In this document: in pieces, positions 15,328-29,200 of the stretch
Layout: each line of letters opens with the position of its first letter
Numbering within the stretch: the stretch's first letter is position 1
Position numbers and translations under genes: made by a program
Assembly: GCA_964016885.1 (NCBI GenBank)
Contig: OZ024743.1
Location: forward strand, 46,810,001 to 46,874,000
DNA from: Eledone cirrhosa
Taxonomy: Eukaryota
Reading direction: 5' to 3'
Length of the DNA: 64,000 nt
Notes under the pieces: generated by a model
Seen by the model: the letters and a program-made list of their open reading frames with translations, nothing else
What the model was told of the DNA's origin: nothing
The model's database searches: none

Positions 15328-15854
15328 TCATCATCATCATCATCATCAACGTTTAACGTCCGTGTTCCACGCTTGCATGGGTTTGGACGGGGGTAGTCCC
15401 ACTTGAGGCAAGAGTGATTGTCTTGCTCGCATAGGACTGTCTGGCAGGTTTTCTACAGTTGGATGCCCTTCCTAACACCAACCACATTTACAGTGTGGGT
15501 CTGGGAGGTTTTTACCGTGTTGCCTACACGGCCACATTACAGCGTGGACTGTGTGTTTTTTTGTCGTGACACCTACACGATCTCATTTGTTTCGGCCTCG
15601 ATGGCGCGGCACCAACATAACTTTACATAGAACGGGGTGGTGTGGATCGGGTGGGGGTGGGGGTGGTGGGACGGGGTGTATTTTGTTAGAGATGCCTACT
15701 GGCTGGAGTAGGTTTTACTATATATTTAGGTAAGGCGGGTCTTCTCTGTTACTGAGTACCGCCAAAGGTCTCGGTCCAGTGACATTGTCTTGGAGAGGTG
15801 TAAGTGTGTGATGTCGGAGTTTATCAGCTCGTCCCAGGTTTTTCTAGGTCTGCC

Positions 15855-15856
<2 letters not shown>
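15328..15856 (-). mobile_element. RTE family A, short 3' fragment
   Basis: [11 protein letters not shown]...TRLT plus 3'UTR and (CAT)n. Confidence 0.92.
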
Positions 15857-16443
<587 letters not shown>

Positions 16444-16453
16444 AACGAGTAAG

Positions 16454-16549
16454 ACCCCGACGGTTGAGCTCAAGCCATTTCGACGGCTAATTCTGAACTA
16501 AATGAAAATTTTTATCCTGGTATATGAATAGCCGAGCTTCTCAGGGAGT
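16454..16549 (-). ncRNA. Hammerhead-like motif in pLTR (degenerate copy)
   Basis: CTGAGAA...GAAA-TGGC-TTGAGCTCA-ACCG-TC|GGGGT; stems partly mismatched. Confidence 0.45.
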
Positions 16550-17678
16550 AATTCCATATATGGTAAAAGTGATTGTCACAAGGATTGGTCAAAAGTTTGT
16601 TGTTGAGACATAATAATTTTATCATGGCAATTTGTGGAGGGAGGGGGTAGCTGAACCTGCCAGTAGAAGAAAGAGGGAGAGGGGGTGGAGGAAACCCAGT
16701 CGTGCGTTGATAGCCAACTACAGCTGGGCAGGAGGTCAAAGAAGATACTAGGGAGGGGAGGAAGTCGAAACAATAAGTAAAACAATATGGGGTAAATATA
16801 TAGAAAAATACCGAGTGTTAAAAAACAATTAAATGCAAAAAAAAATTGTTTTTTAATTTCTGGTTACTATAACCTAAGGACAGCTATCAAATCTCTCACT
16901 GGTACTGCTAGACTAAAGAAAGGTTTACTAGGTGGGACGGAATTATGAGACCCTTTTAAGAGGTATAAGTAATCGACTGAGTATATCTTACGGTGACGGG
17001 TCAACAAGTGGGGGGGCCAAAATACTAAAGAAACTACCACAAAATAATAATTCAGAGTCCCGAGACCAGTACGAAATAAAGGTTTCTACCTAAAGGTTTC
17101 TACCCAGTGCAAAAAAAATAAACTAATACGAAATAATAATTCAGAATCCCGAATAAGAATACTAATACTAACTCTAAGGGTGTCGCCACGATACAAAAAT
17201 GTTAGTGCAAACTACATAAATGCTCGTACGAAGTATATGTAAAATTTGATACGGAAAATTAATTCAGAACCCCCCCACCCCCCCCACCCACCCAAAAATA
17301 CTGATATACGAGAAATTAAAGCAAAGATACCACTAAGAAATACAGAAGGCACGGAAAAGGGGCAGCCATCGGATAAGAAGGCAAGTATCCGGGGTCTAAC
17401 ACTTCTGCTATAAAAAGCGGAGTCGGCCAAATCTATCATAGAATAGGAGAACGGGGTGGGGATACTGAGGCTACAAAGGACCGAGGGCCTGCCTCGGGTG
17501 GGCTAGAAAGTAAAAGGACGACAAAGAAAGAGGACTGGGGTGGAAGGACTAGGGAGGGATGGGGGGGAAGAAGGAAATATAGAGGAAGTGATAAAAAGAT
17601 ATAAAAGATCTTAGGTCTACCTTTGCAAGCAGGGGTTACCCATTACAAAATCGGTAAGTGGGGTGTTATAGCCCTAGT

Positions 17679-18859
17679 CTACCTCCCTGGGTCATTATGG
17701 AGTTTGAGGGCGAGGTAAGTCCTACGCAATCTGTATTTACATGCAGTTACCAGTTCATCTTTCTTGTTTAGGAGTTGGTCCGTCGAAAACAGCATTTGTA
17801 AAGTTTCCTCCGAGCATAAATTGCACGGACGGCGTCCTCCCGTGTAAGAGTTGGCTCTGGACAGTAAGCTCCAAGTGAGATCATAGGTAATATTGTTATC
17901 CTTGAGGTCCCATATGTGGCCCGAAAGTGTAGTGGCATGACGCTGGGCCGGGTTTCGGAAGGTATGTCTGTGTTGGTATAGCCGGGTCTTGAAGTCACAT
18001 GCAGTTAATCCTATATAAGCTTTGTTGGAGGTGTCCGTCCTCACGTTGCACTGGTAGATCACATTACGATCTCTGCATCTGTTGTCGAGGGGGAAAATGG
18101 ATCCATCAGGACAGTTGCACCTCCTGGTCGGCTCTCCACTGCTATTTAGGTTATTTCTTCCATAGGGTTGAGTTTTTTGTTGTTAGAGGAGACGATGTTT
18201 TGTGCAAAGTTTGGTGTGGTGCTGTAGGAGAGTTTGATGGTATTTTTGTTAATTATGTTGTGGTAGCGGTGTTGTAGTGGGAAGTGTTTTTCAATGAGCC
18301 TAAAGAAGATTTTCCTGATAGGAGTTGTCACCTCGGCGTTGTGGGGAGGATTAAATAATGTTACGTTGCCTGAGCGGCGGTGTCGCCTACTGGTTCCGCT
18401 AATGGAAGCTGAACAGTAGGATATTTCCTCCCGGAAACCACTCCGCTTGAGGGCCTGGTTGTAATAAGGCGCATGTTCCTCGAATATCTGCTCATTAGCT
18501 GACAAACGAGATATGCGGAGGGGGATGTTTTTAACCAGGTTATTGGTGATGTTCCTAGGATGGTTTGACCGGCGGTGGATGTAGTGCAGGTTGTCATTAG
18601 ATTTCCTGTATGGGTAGAACAGATCATTATCGAGGTCAAGGGTAACGTCCAGGAAGTTTACTCGGGTCAGGGACGTTTGTAGGGTTATTTTAAATCCCCA
18701 GTCACGGAAGAAGCTGATTAATTGTTTACGGACCCGATCTGTACTACTGGGGTTGTACCCTTTAAGGGTAAGGAGCCCATCATCACGGTACAATCCACCG
18801 CCGAATGCAGGAAACATATCGGTGAGTTTGGCTATTAGGAATAATCCTATAAGATCTGT
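17679..18859 (-). pseudogene. PLE reverse transcriptase C-half + Cys linker + GIY-YIG endonuclease (frameshifted)
   Basis: GLYRDDGL, VNFLDVTL, YRK, SNHP (18146-18817); CNC...PLDNRC linker; VIYQC..YIGLT..FKTRLYQH..CNLCSEE..LLN (17679-18062). Confidence 0.88.
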
Positions 18860-19134
18860 ATTTTTCTATATATTTACCCCATATTGTTTTACTTATTGTT
18901 TCAACTTCCTCCCTCTCCCCTTCCCCCTCCCTAGTATCTTGTTTAACCTCCTGCCCAGCTGTAGTTGCCACTATCAACGCACGACTGGGTTTCCTCCACC
19001 CCCTCTCCCTCTTTCTCCTACTGGCAGGTTCAGCTACCCCTTCCCTCCACAAATTGCCATGATAGAATTATTATGTCTCAACAACAAACTTTTGACCAAT
19101 CCTTGTGACAATCACTTTTACCATATATGGAATT

Positions 19135-19230
19135 ACCCCCTGAGAAGCTCGGCTATTCATATACCAGGATAAAAATTTTCATTTAGTCAAGAATTAACCG
19201 TCGAAACGGCTTGAGCTCAGCCGTCGGGGT
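19135..19230 (+). ncRNA. Type I hammerhead-like ribozyme in pLTR
   Basis: Stem I ACCCC/GGGGT, core CTGAGAA (A at position 8), long stem II, GAAA, stem III ACGGC/GCCGT with palindromic TGAGCTCA loop, GTC cleavage triplet. Confidence 0.6.
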
Positions 19231-19325
19231 CCTACTCGTTCCTATTACCCACTCTGCTACCCTAAGTATTGAGTACTTTGGTGCGTTATGGTTCACCTGG
19301 TTCCTTACTAAATTTGCTTTGTTAT

Positions 19326-19568
19326 ATACATATATATATAATGCATATATATATATATATATAATGTATATATATATATAAATATATATATATAATGTAT
19401 ATATATATATAATGCATATATATATATATATAATGCATATATATATATATATATATATAATGCATATATATATATATATATAATGCATATATATATATAT
19501 ATATAATGCATATATATATATATATATATAATATAATGCATATATATATATATATATATATAATATAA

Positions 19569-19605
<37 letters not shown>

Positions 19606-19656
19606 ATGCATATATATATATATATATTATAATGCATATATATATATATATATATA
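19326..19656. repeat. [TAATGCA(TA)n] array
   Basis: Seen directly. Confidence 0.88.
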
Positions 19657-20059
19657 AGTATTGAAATTTCCGTTGAAAACAGAAAAGGTCATAGAAGTGA
19701 AGAGTGCTCTATGTAAGTACCAGAGCAAAATTTAATGTATAAAAATCAATACAATATAATTACCTCATTACCAGAGGTTTCTCAGACGAGGCAATATAAA
19801 ATATGGCTAAATACTTGGAAAGTCTCATCAAGAAAATCAAAAAAAAAATTATATATATATAGACAAATGAATTACAATAGCCATATGAAATATATAAAAA
19901 TCTTTCAAGAAATATAGTTAGGTGTGTGTATATGTATGTATATACGCTCACAGATGTACATATATGTGTATGTACAAATGTATACGTATAGTGAAAAAGT
20001 GTGCGTAAATATATGTGTTAGGGCAAGTGTATCTGTGTATCTGTAAGCTACAGACAGAC

Positions 20060-20431
<372 letters not shown>

Positions 20432-20432
<1 letters not shown>

Positions 20433-21694
20433 TAAGTAGCAGCAAGTGCCCCAAAATACTAGCTCTTTCTATTGCGCAGAGGATTCTATAGAAATAGTGG
20501 ACAGCTTCCGTTACCTGGGTGACAAAATCAGCAGTGGGGGAGGGTGCTCTGAAAGTACAGTAGCTAGAGTGAGAACTGGATGGAAAAAGTTCAGAGAGCT
20601 TATACCACTATTAGCCGCTAAAGGGTTCTCCCTAAAAATGAAAGGCAGGTTGTATGATGCCTGCATACGAACAGCAATGTTGCATGGCAGTGAGACCTGG
20701 GCATTTTGTGCAGAGGATATACGCATGCAGCAGCTGTGCTGAAACAGCAAGCAAACAGCCACAGGAAACAAGTACCACCAATCTCTGGGAGGGCCCTGTA
20801 GAAACAGTAGACAGCTTCTGCTACCTAGGTGACCGAATTAGCAACGGAGGTGGGTGCTCAGAAAGTACAATAACTAGGGTAAGAACGGGATGGAAGAAGT
20901 TTAGGGAACTACTACCACTGCTAGCTGCAAAAGGCTTCTCCCTCAGAATGAAAGGCAGACTGTATGATGCGTGTATCCGAACAGCAATGTTGCATGGTAG
21001 TGAGACCTGGGCGCTGAAGGTGGAAGACTTACGTAGATTAGAGAGAAACGAAGCCTGCATGCTCCGATGGATGTGTAACAGTAATATACGTGAACGACAA
21101 AGCATAAATGATTGAAAGAGAGACTGAGCATAAGAGGAATCAAATGCTGTGTGCAGGAGAGGCGGTTGCGCTGGTATGGACATGTGATGCGTATGAAGGA
21201 TGACAGCTGCATAAAAAGGTGCAGAGCACTAGAAGTCGATAGAAACCGCGGAGTGGGGAGACCCAAGATGACCTGGGATGAGGTGATAAAAGCCGACCTT
21301 ACCCAATTACACCTCTCAAAGGCAATGACACACGACCGTGACTTCTGGCGTCACGCAGTAATACAGATTACCCAACCTCCCATGGGTACATGCTGAAGCA
21401 TATAAACAATATGCCCCCCTCCCCCCCCCACCGCAAGGTGGTCGTGGAGGTGCCACGGCAAAAAAGCACCCAGCCCACACTGTAAAGTGGACGTGTAGGC
21501 GCCACGAAAAAGCACCCAGCACTCACTGTAAATGAGGTTGGTGTTAGGAAGGGCATCCAGCTGTAGAAATCAAGCCAGATCAGTTCCTGTATGAGCAAGG
21601 CATGGTCAGCCGACCAGACACTGCACACAACAGGACAACCCGTCTAACCCATGCTAGCGTGGAAGAACGGACGTAAAACGGTGATGATGATGAT
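20432..21694 (+). mobile_element. Chimeric RTE: family A segment fused to family B 3' half
   Basis: A sequence to ...GAGGATATACGCA (about 20725), then B sequence TGCAGCAGCTGTGCTG... through the B 3'UTR and GAT tail. Confidence 0.9.
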
Positions 21695-21698
21695 ATAA

Positions 21699-21732
<34 letters not shown>

Positions 21733-21763
21733 GCATATATATATATATAATGCATATATATAT

Positions 21764-22251
21764 ATATCTATCTATCTATCTAAGGCAGGTAAAATTCCCG
21801 AGATCCATGGGCGCGTTCTCTCCAGCGGTCTCTGTCCCTCATTATCGCTGCCATGCTCTGGTTTCCCAACAGACCAGTGTCTGTCCTTAGGGCATCATCA
21901 TACGTTAACCTTGGTCTTCCTCTTCTAGTGTGTCCATGCAGGGGCTCCCAAAGGAGCACTGAGTGCAATGTCAACTCTGGATGTCGGTGAGCATGTGGAA
22001 GTCGGACCTTCGTAGAGACTTGAAGGTCTGCCTCTTCATTGCTGTAGTGGAGTCTGTGCTGCTGTATGGGTCTGAGACTTGGACACTGACTAAGAAACTC
22101 ACTCAGATGGTGGATGGGTGCTACACGAGAATGCTGAGGATGGCTCTGAACATTAATCAGTATACACTGAGAGATGAAAAACTCAGAGCTGTATGGGAGC
22201 ATACCAAAAGTCAGCTCAAAAGTGACACAGAGGAGACTGAGGTTAGCTGGA
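21764..22251 (-). mobile_element. Third RTE-like LINE 3' fragment with 5' inversion, (TAGA)n tail
   Basis: Minus strand: HAHRHPELTLHSVLLWEP..RGRPRLTY..MRDRDRW. Plus strand, about 21996-22251: VESVLLYGSETWTLT..RMLRMAL..RRLRLAG. Confidence 0.82.
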
Positions 22252-22419
22252 TATGGATATATATATAATGCATATATATAATGCATATATATAAATATAT
22301 AATGCATATATATATATATATATAGATATATATAATGCATATATATATATATATAATGCATATATATAAATATATAATGCATATATATAAATATATAATG
22401 CATATATATAAATATATAA

Positions 22420-22455
<36 letters not shown>

Positions 22456-22457
22456 GC

Positions 22458-23670
22458 TCTAGTTTGTAGGAAGGAAAATAGGGCACCGGTCCCATCCGGG
22501 AAATGGCCATGCTCAGTGTGTAGGAAAGGAGTAGGCAGAAACTCTATTTATGTCCCAAATGCAAAGTATGGGTGCATAAAAGATGTAGTGGGATCACAGG
22601 TAAGCTAACTAAGAATATAGATTTTATATGTGGCCGGTGTGCTGGTACAATAAGTAGCAGCAAATGCCCACAGAATACTAACTCATTCCATTGTCCAGAT
22701 GGTTCTATAGAAATAGTGGACACCTTCCGTTACTTGGGTGACAAAATCAGCAGTGGTGGAAGGTGCTCTGAAAGTACAGTAGCTAGAGTCAGAACGAGAT
22801 GGAAAAAGTTCAGAGAGCTTATACCACTATTGGCCGCTAAAGGGTTCTCTCTGAAAATGAAAAGCAGGCTGTATGATGCCTGCATACGAACAGCAATGTT
22901 ACATGGCAGTGAGATCTGGGTATTGTGTGCAGAGGATATACGCAGACTGGAGAGAAACGAAGCTTGCATGCTCCGCTGGATGTGTAATAGTAATATACAT
23001 GAATGACAAAGCATAAACGAACTAAGGGAGAAATTAGGAATAAGAGGGATCAGATGTTGTTTACTCGAGAGAAGACTACGTTGGTACGGTCACGTGATGC
23101 GCATGAAAGACAGCTGTATAAAAAAGTGCAGGGCGATAAAAATAGACGGTAGCCACGGAGTAGGCAGACCCAGAAAAACATGGGACGACTTGATAAATTC
23201 CGACCTCACACACTTACACCTCTCCAAGACAATGTCACTGGACCGAGATCTTTGGCGCTACACAGTTATACAGAAGACCCGCCTTGCCTAAGTACAAAGC
23301 GAAACCTTCAGTCAGTAGGCACCTCTAACAAAATACACCCCCGTCCCACTACCCCCCACCCCATCCACACCACCCCCTTAAATGTGAAGTTATGTTGGTA
23401 CCACAACATCCAGTCCGAAACAAATGAGGTCGTGTAGGTGTCACGACAAAAAAACACACAGTCCACGCTGTAATGTGGCCGTGTAGGTAACACGGTAAAA
23501 ACCTCCCAGTCCACACTGTAAACGTGGTTGGTGTTAGGAAGGGCATCCAGCCGTAGAAAACTCGCCAGACAGTCCTATACGAGCAGGACAACCAATCTTG
23601 CCTCAAGTGTGAAAACTCCCGTCCAAACCCATGCAAGCGTGGAAGATGGACGTTAAACGATGATGATGAT
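22458..23670 (+). mobile_element. RTE family A-related, 5'-truncated, more diverged
   Basis: ORFs 22572-23006 and 23094-23291; GAT tail; flanked by ATAATGC direct repeats. Confidence 0.92.
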
Positions 23671-23672
23671 AA

Positions 23673-23720
<48 letters not shown>

Positions 23721-23739
23721 GCATATATATATATATATA

Positions 23740-24501
23740 CTAGCAGCAGTACCCAGCGTTGCCTGGGTAGCTAAAATAATATCTGCTTTGATGAAAAGGT
23801 GTTGATCTTAGTGACTGTTTCTCGATGACTCATCTATGGCCACACACAGCCATGCGGTGGAGGATGGTGATGACCTCTATCACTGAGAAACGCGGGTGAC
23901 TGACGAATGGGCATGCTGGGAGAGAGAGGTAATGACCTCTCACACTAAGCCAAATTTCCTCACGCTACTTGATTGGAAACCGATGAATTCTCAAATACAC
24001 AACTAAAAGCTCAGATGACGTCAGTGGCCATTTATAAGAAGTGCAATGATAGGTTCTATTGTAGTATAAAAATTGAACCAAATAAATTGATTTATATGTG
24101 AGGTGGAGCCGAAGTTTCCAATTTGAACGAAATCGCTTGGAAAATGTGAGAGCTATAGCCGAAAATGTGGAAATTTGAGCAAAAAGGTGGTATTTTCAAA
24201 TATTTAAGCGGCTGCCACACCGTTCCTGAACAAACGATCCAAAATGTAAAGCCACTTTAAGACGTGAAATAATCAGATCTAGCATAGTGTAAAATTTGAA
24301 GAAAGTAGGTTGATTAATGTGGGAGCTAGAGCCGAAAAATTGGAAATTTAAGTCTAAAAGTGGTATTTTTGAATATTTAAGCGGCTGCCACGCCGTACCT
24401 AAACAACAAATGCAAAATATAAAGCCATTACAGGATGTGCAATGATAAATTCTATTTTGCTTTAAAATTTGAACGAAATCGGTGGCAAAATGTGGGAGCT
24501 A
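23740..24501 (-). mobile_element. Non-autonomous Helitron-like element 3' part with internal ~173-bp tandem repeat
   Basis: Minus-strand end ACCCAGGCAACGCTGGGT hairpin then CTAG|T at 23740; repeats start near 24120, 24293 and 24466. Confidence 0.65.
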
Positions 24502-25112
24502 AAATACAAATTTAGGAAAGCCCTTCAAGATGTGTATGACGAAAAAGAAGACAATTTAGAGTTGTATGACATAGATAATAACTGGAATTTCTTACGTGAC
24601 AACTTACTGCAAGCCACTGATGAAACTTGTGGCTGGAGCAGAGCTCCAACCAAACAGAGAGTGACCTGGTGGTGGAACAGCACAGTAGATAGGGCCATTA
24701 GAGACAAAAGACTAGCAATGTTCTGCGACGGGAAGATCAGAGGCGTGCGGTGTTCCACATTGCAAGGCAGTGTGTCAATGCAAATCAGGATGTTGTTGGA
24801 GATAAATGTGTCCGGAACGATGCCGGTGTACTTAGTGTCACGAATGATCAGAAAAAGGAGGCCTGGAAATGTCATTATGATTGACTGATGAATGTGGAGA
24901 ATGAATGGGAGACAGAGAAATTACCCTCAGTAGATCCGACAGAGGACCAGCTATTGAGATTGACGAATATAGGGTCCAAGAGGAGATTAAGGAAATGGAA
25001 AATGGTAAGGCTGCTGAAACGTCGGGGATAGTTGCTGAGATGCCGAAGGCACTAAACTGGTTGCACGCATCATCAATCAGGCTATATATGGCGGTGTCAT
25101 CCCAAAGACTGG
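24502..25112 (+). pseudogene. Old RTE fragment
   Basis: NWNFLRDNLLQATDETCGWS..RVTWWWNS, GKAA..SGIVAEM; stops and frameshifts. Confidence 0.8.
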
Positions 25113-25253
25113 GCTCAACACGGCCCTTAGCGCCTCATTTTTTTCTTGCATGCATTCTTCTGTTCAATTATTTTTTTTCACTGATGTGCTCTTTCAGCAT
25201 TTATTCCTACTGATTCAATAATCTGTATCATCTTACGTCTAGAGGGGGAGTAT

Positions 25254-25556
25254 TGTAGTGACATACATTCCACAGGCTCACATGCATTCTCTGTGCATGA
25301 TTTGGCTCAGCTCAGCCAATCAGCACCAGTAGAAGAGAATGTATCTCTACGCACCCTGAGGGAAAAATTCCCGCGTTGATTTGAAGAATCAGCCTCTCGC
25401 ATCCTGAACTTCAAAGGAGCAACGCGTACAACATGTAACGGTGAGATTTTGCACTTTGGCCTGCCGGCCTTCCTTGGGCCTGGCACATTCCCTTTTGTAA
25501 CCTCATTTTATGTGTAACTTCAACCATACAAATTGACAAACATTATTTGTGCTACA
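25254..25556 (+). mobile_element. LTR (3' LTR remnant with PPT)
   Basis: PPT AGAGGGGGAG then TGTAG...CTACA termini, 303 bp. Confidence 0.6.
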
Positions 25557-25574
25557 ATATAGAGTTACGTCCCT

Positions 25575-25651
25575 TTATGATCTGAGTTCAAATCCCGCCG
25601 AGGTTAACTTTGCCTTTCATCCTTACAGGGTCGATAAAATAAAGTACCAGT
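25575..25651 (+). mobile_element. SINE fragment (B-box + Nin-like domain)
   Basis: GAGTTCAAATCC followed by GCCTTTCATCCTT..GGGTCGATAAAAT..GTACCAG. Confidence 0.6.
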
Positions 25652-26269
25652 AATGCATAGTCAGAAATTTGAACGCTCCGAAAGGAGTTGTTACGGCAGT
25701 TTTAGGTATATTTGCCGGGTTCATTATAAATGGTGACCTGTGACTTGAACGAACACGCAACAAATTATATTCGCAATCCGACAAGAAACAAACAAGCATT
25801 TTTGTACAACAAATATAAAAGAAAGAAAGAACGCTGTCACAAAGAACAAAAAAACTGAACGTTTTGTTGTTTAGAACAATTATTTCATTATCATTATATA
25901 TATCATTTGCCTGCATGCACAAACACATTTTGCATCGACATGTATTACATCGAAATGCATTATTTATTAACAAAAAAAAAAAATTACCGGTAAATTGTTC
26001 CATGTACACATCGTGCGTTATAATTTTTTTTTTCACTGCATCTCAAAATTTGTATTTTGCACATAAATCCTCCTGGATTCTGATTGGGTGACGCAATCTT
26101 CAAAAATTTACCTGTATTCCGGAGCGTTACAAATGGCCATTATACGTCTTCTGCGTTTGTTTGCCAGCTAATTTGATTTAAAGGCAACGCCTTTTTGAAA
26201 AATATAAGAAAAAATTTTTTTTTTATTCTTAACATTTTCCTCTCTGATTTTTTTTAACATTTTCCTCTC

Positions 26270-29200
26270 TGCCGCCCGGTGTTCAGGCGATTTTAGCGCC
26301 TATGATGGAGACTACCACAGTCGACCAGCTAGCGGCTTCGGCCGACAAAATTATAAGTTTCACTGGAAACCCTGCCTCCTACGTTGCACCTCAGCCACCG
26401 GCTGCGGTCTCTTCGTTCTCTCCTGCCTCCTTCGTTGCACCTCAGCCACCGGCTGCAGTCTCTTCGTTCTCTCCAGCAGCTGCTGTCCACACAGATCAGT
26501 CACTTGCGTCTGTGGCAATACTTCAAGCCATAGAGCAACTCACCAAAGGGGTGAGAAAATTGAGTACCTCCAGGGCTCAATCGCCCAGACGTCGCTTCCA
26601 GAGCCGTTCGCCCTCGCCACGCCGCCACCACACAAGCAAGCCAGGACTGTGCTACTACCACAGCCATTTTGGCGCGGTGGCACGCTCTTTAAACAGCCCT
26701 GTTCGTTTTCCATCCAGGGAAACGGATTTCAGGAGACCTGAGCATGGCATAGTCTCCTCTGACGCTCCCAAATAATCGTGCGTTCTTTATAACTGACACG
26801 TTTTCCCAAGCTCGATGTCTAGTGGATACAGGCGCTGCTTGCAGCATATGGCCGCTAAAACTTCTCAAAGAGAAGCCGCCAGTTTCATCCATTTCTCTGC
26901 AAGCCGTAAATCATTCTATCTCCACGTATGGTCAAATTTCTCGTTCTTTGAACCTGGAATTGCGAAGAGACTTCACGTGGATTTTCACGGTCACTGATTT
27001 GCCTTACCCTATTCTAGGCTCGGATTTCCTGCACCACTATAACCTCTTAGTGGATATGCGCAGATGCCGGTTGTTGGATGCTAATACGGAACTCTCCGTT
27101 CCGGGTTTGAAATCTACTGTCTTATCTATCAGCCCAGTATTCTTCATCGCCGCTTCAGAGGACCCTTTCCAGTCGCTTCTAAATTCCTTCCCGGAATTGA
27201 CAAATTTGAATTTTGTGGTGAGCAAGCCTACTCACTCCACAAAACATTATATCAAAACTTCTGGCGCTCCTGTATTTTCTCGCCCTCGCCACCTCCCTGC
27301 GGAGAAATTGAAAGCAGCGATGGCTGAATTTAACCACATGCTACAGCTGGGGATCATACGCCCATCCTCAAGTTCGTGGGCCACTCCTTTGCATTTGGTT
27401 CCAAAGCGTTCCGGTGATTGGCGTCCCACTGGGGACTTTCGCCGGTTAAACGCAATGACGGTACCCGATCCCACACATACAAGATTTCGCGTCTTCGCTT
27501 CATGGATGTAAGACATTCTCCAAATTGGATTTGGTCAAGGCTTACCACCAGATTCCAATGAACCCGTCAGATATACCTAAAACTGCCATAACAACTCCTT
27601 TCGGAGCGTTCGAATTTCTGACTATGCCTTTCGGTTTGCGAAACGCAGCCAGTACTTTCCAACGTTTCATGGATGAAGTTGTGCGCGATTTGGACTTTGT
27701 GTATAACTACATTGATGACATTCTCGTAGCAAGTGCCTCACCCGAGGAACATGTCACTCACCTCCGTCTACTGTTTGAGCGGTTTCAGCAGTATCAAGTG
27801 CGAATTAACCCGGCGAAATGTGTTTTCGGTGCGTCTTCACTTGTCTTCTTGGGCCATATCATCAGCCCAGAGGGAATATCACCACTGCCTGACAAAGTGA
27901 AAGCTCTGCAAGACCTTCAACCATCCACTTCACTTTGCCAGCTACGACATTTCCTTGGTCTGCTGAACTACTACAGACGTTTTATCCCACACTGTGCAGA
28001 TCTCCTGTCTCCTTTATCCGACCTGTTACGTAACAGGAAAAGGAAAAATGAATCCATCACACTGGACACGAGTCAGCTAAAAGCCTTCGACGAAGTGAAG
28101 CAGGAACTCGCGGAGACATCACTGCTTGCACATCCTGTGTCTGGTGCCCAGTTTTTACTGGTCGTTGATGCATCGGGCACAGCTGTAGATGCAGTTTTGC
28201 AACAGCATCACCAATAACAACTACAACCTCTCGCGTACTTCTCGAGACTACCGAAACCGGCAGAGACATGATATAACACGTTCGACCATGAACTCCTGGC
28301 TATGTACCTCACAGTGAAACACTTTCGGCATTCACTGGAGGGTCGTCAATTTGCGATCTACACTGATCATTGTCCGCTTACATTCGCACTGCGTTCTAAG
28401 CTGGATAAATATTCACCTCGCGAAACTAGTCATTTGGACTTCGTTTCGCAATTTACCAGCGATATCTGACACATCTCTGGTGAGCAGAATGCGGCGGCAG
28501 ATGCCTTGTCTCGCCTCCCAATCAATTCCCTGTCATCACCTTCGGATATTGACCTTCAACGGATGGCCACAGAACAGCCACCTCTGGACACCTTGGATCT
28601 TTCGTCTCCTGAATTTGCAACTGGCAAATTTTCATATCAACCTGTGCCCACTTCGGACACACAGATTATTTGTGACACCTCGTCCTCTAGTTCCAGCGAC
28701 TCATCGTCGTGCAGTTTTCGAGACCTTGCACACCCTGGAATATCGACCACAGTGAAGCTCATTTCGGCTAGATTCCTCTGGCTGAATATGAGGAGTGACA
28801 TCACTGACTGGACACGTTCCTGCTTGTCCTGCCAGAAGTCAAAGGTGCACAAACACATCCTCGCACCCCTCGGAACTTTCAGCACTCCAGACGCTCGGTT
28901 CAGTCATGTCCATATAGATCTCGTTGGACCATGGCCGGTCAACCAAGGATTTACCTATCTCCTGACCTGTATTGATCGCTTCACACGTTGGCCTGAAGCC
29001 ATTCCTTTAAGTGACATTTCGGCGGAATCTGTAGCGCGAGCTCTAGTATCGGGTTGGATATTGTGTTACGGAGTTCCAACCACTGTCACCACAGACCGTG
29101 GTGGACAGTTTGAGTCCCATCTCTTCGGAGAACTTTCAAGGATCCTGGGAATTAAGCGCATCCGAACGACTAGCTATCATCCAGCTTCGAACGGAATGAT

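Larger units (their letters stand above)
16441..19325 (-). mobile_element. Penelope-like element, 5'-truncated, with inverted pseudo-LTRs
   Basis: RT and GIY-YIG ORFs on the minus strand. 16441-16812 is the inverted copy of about 18857-19243, and the right arm extends about 80 bp further. Confidence 0.9.
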
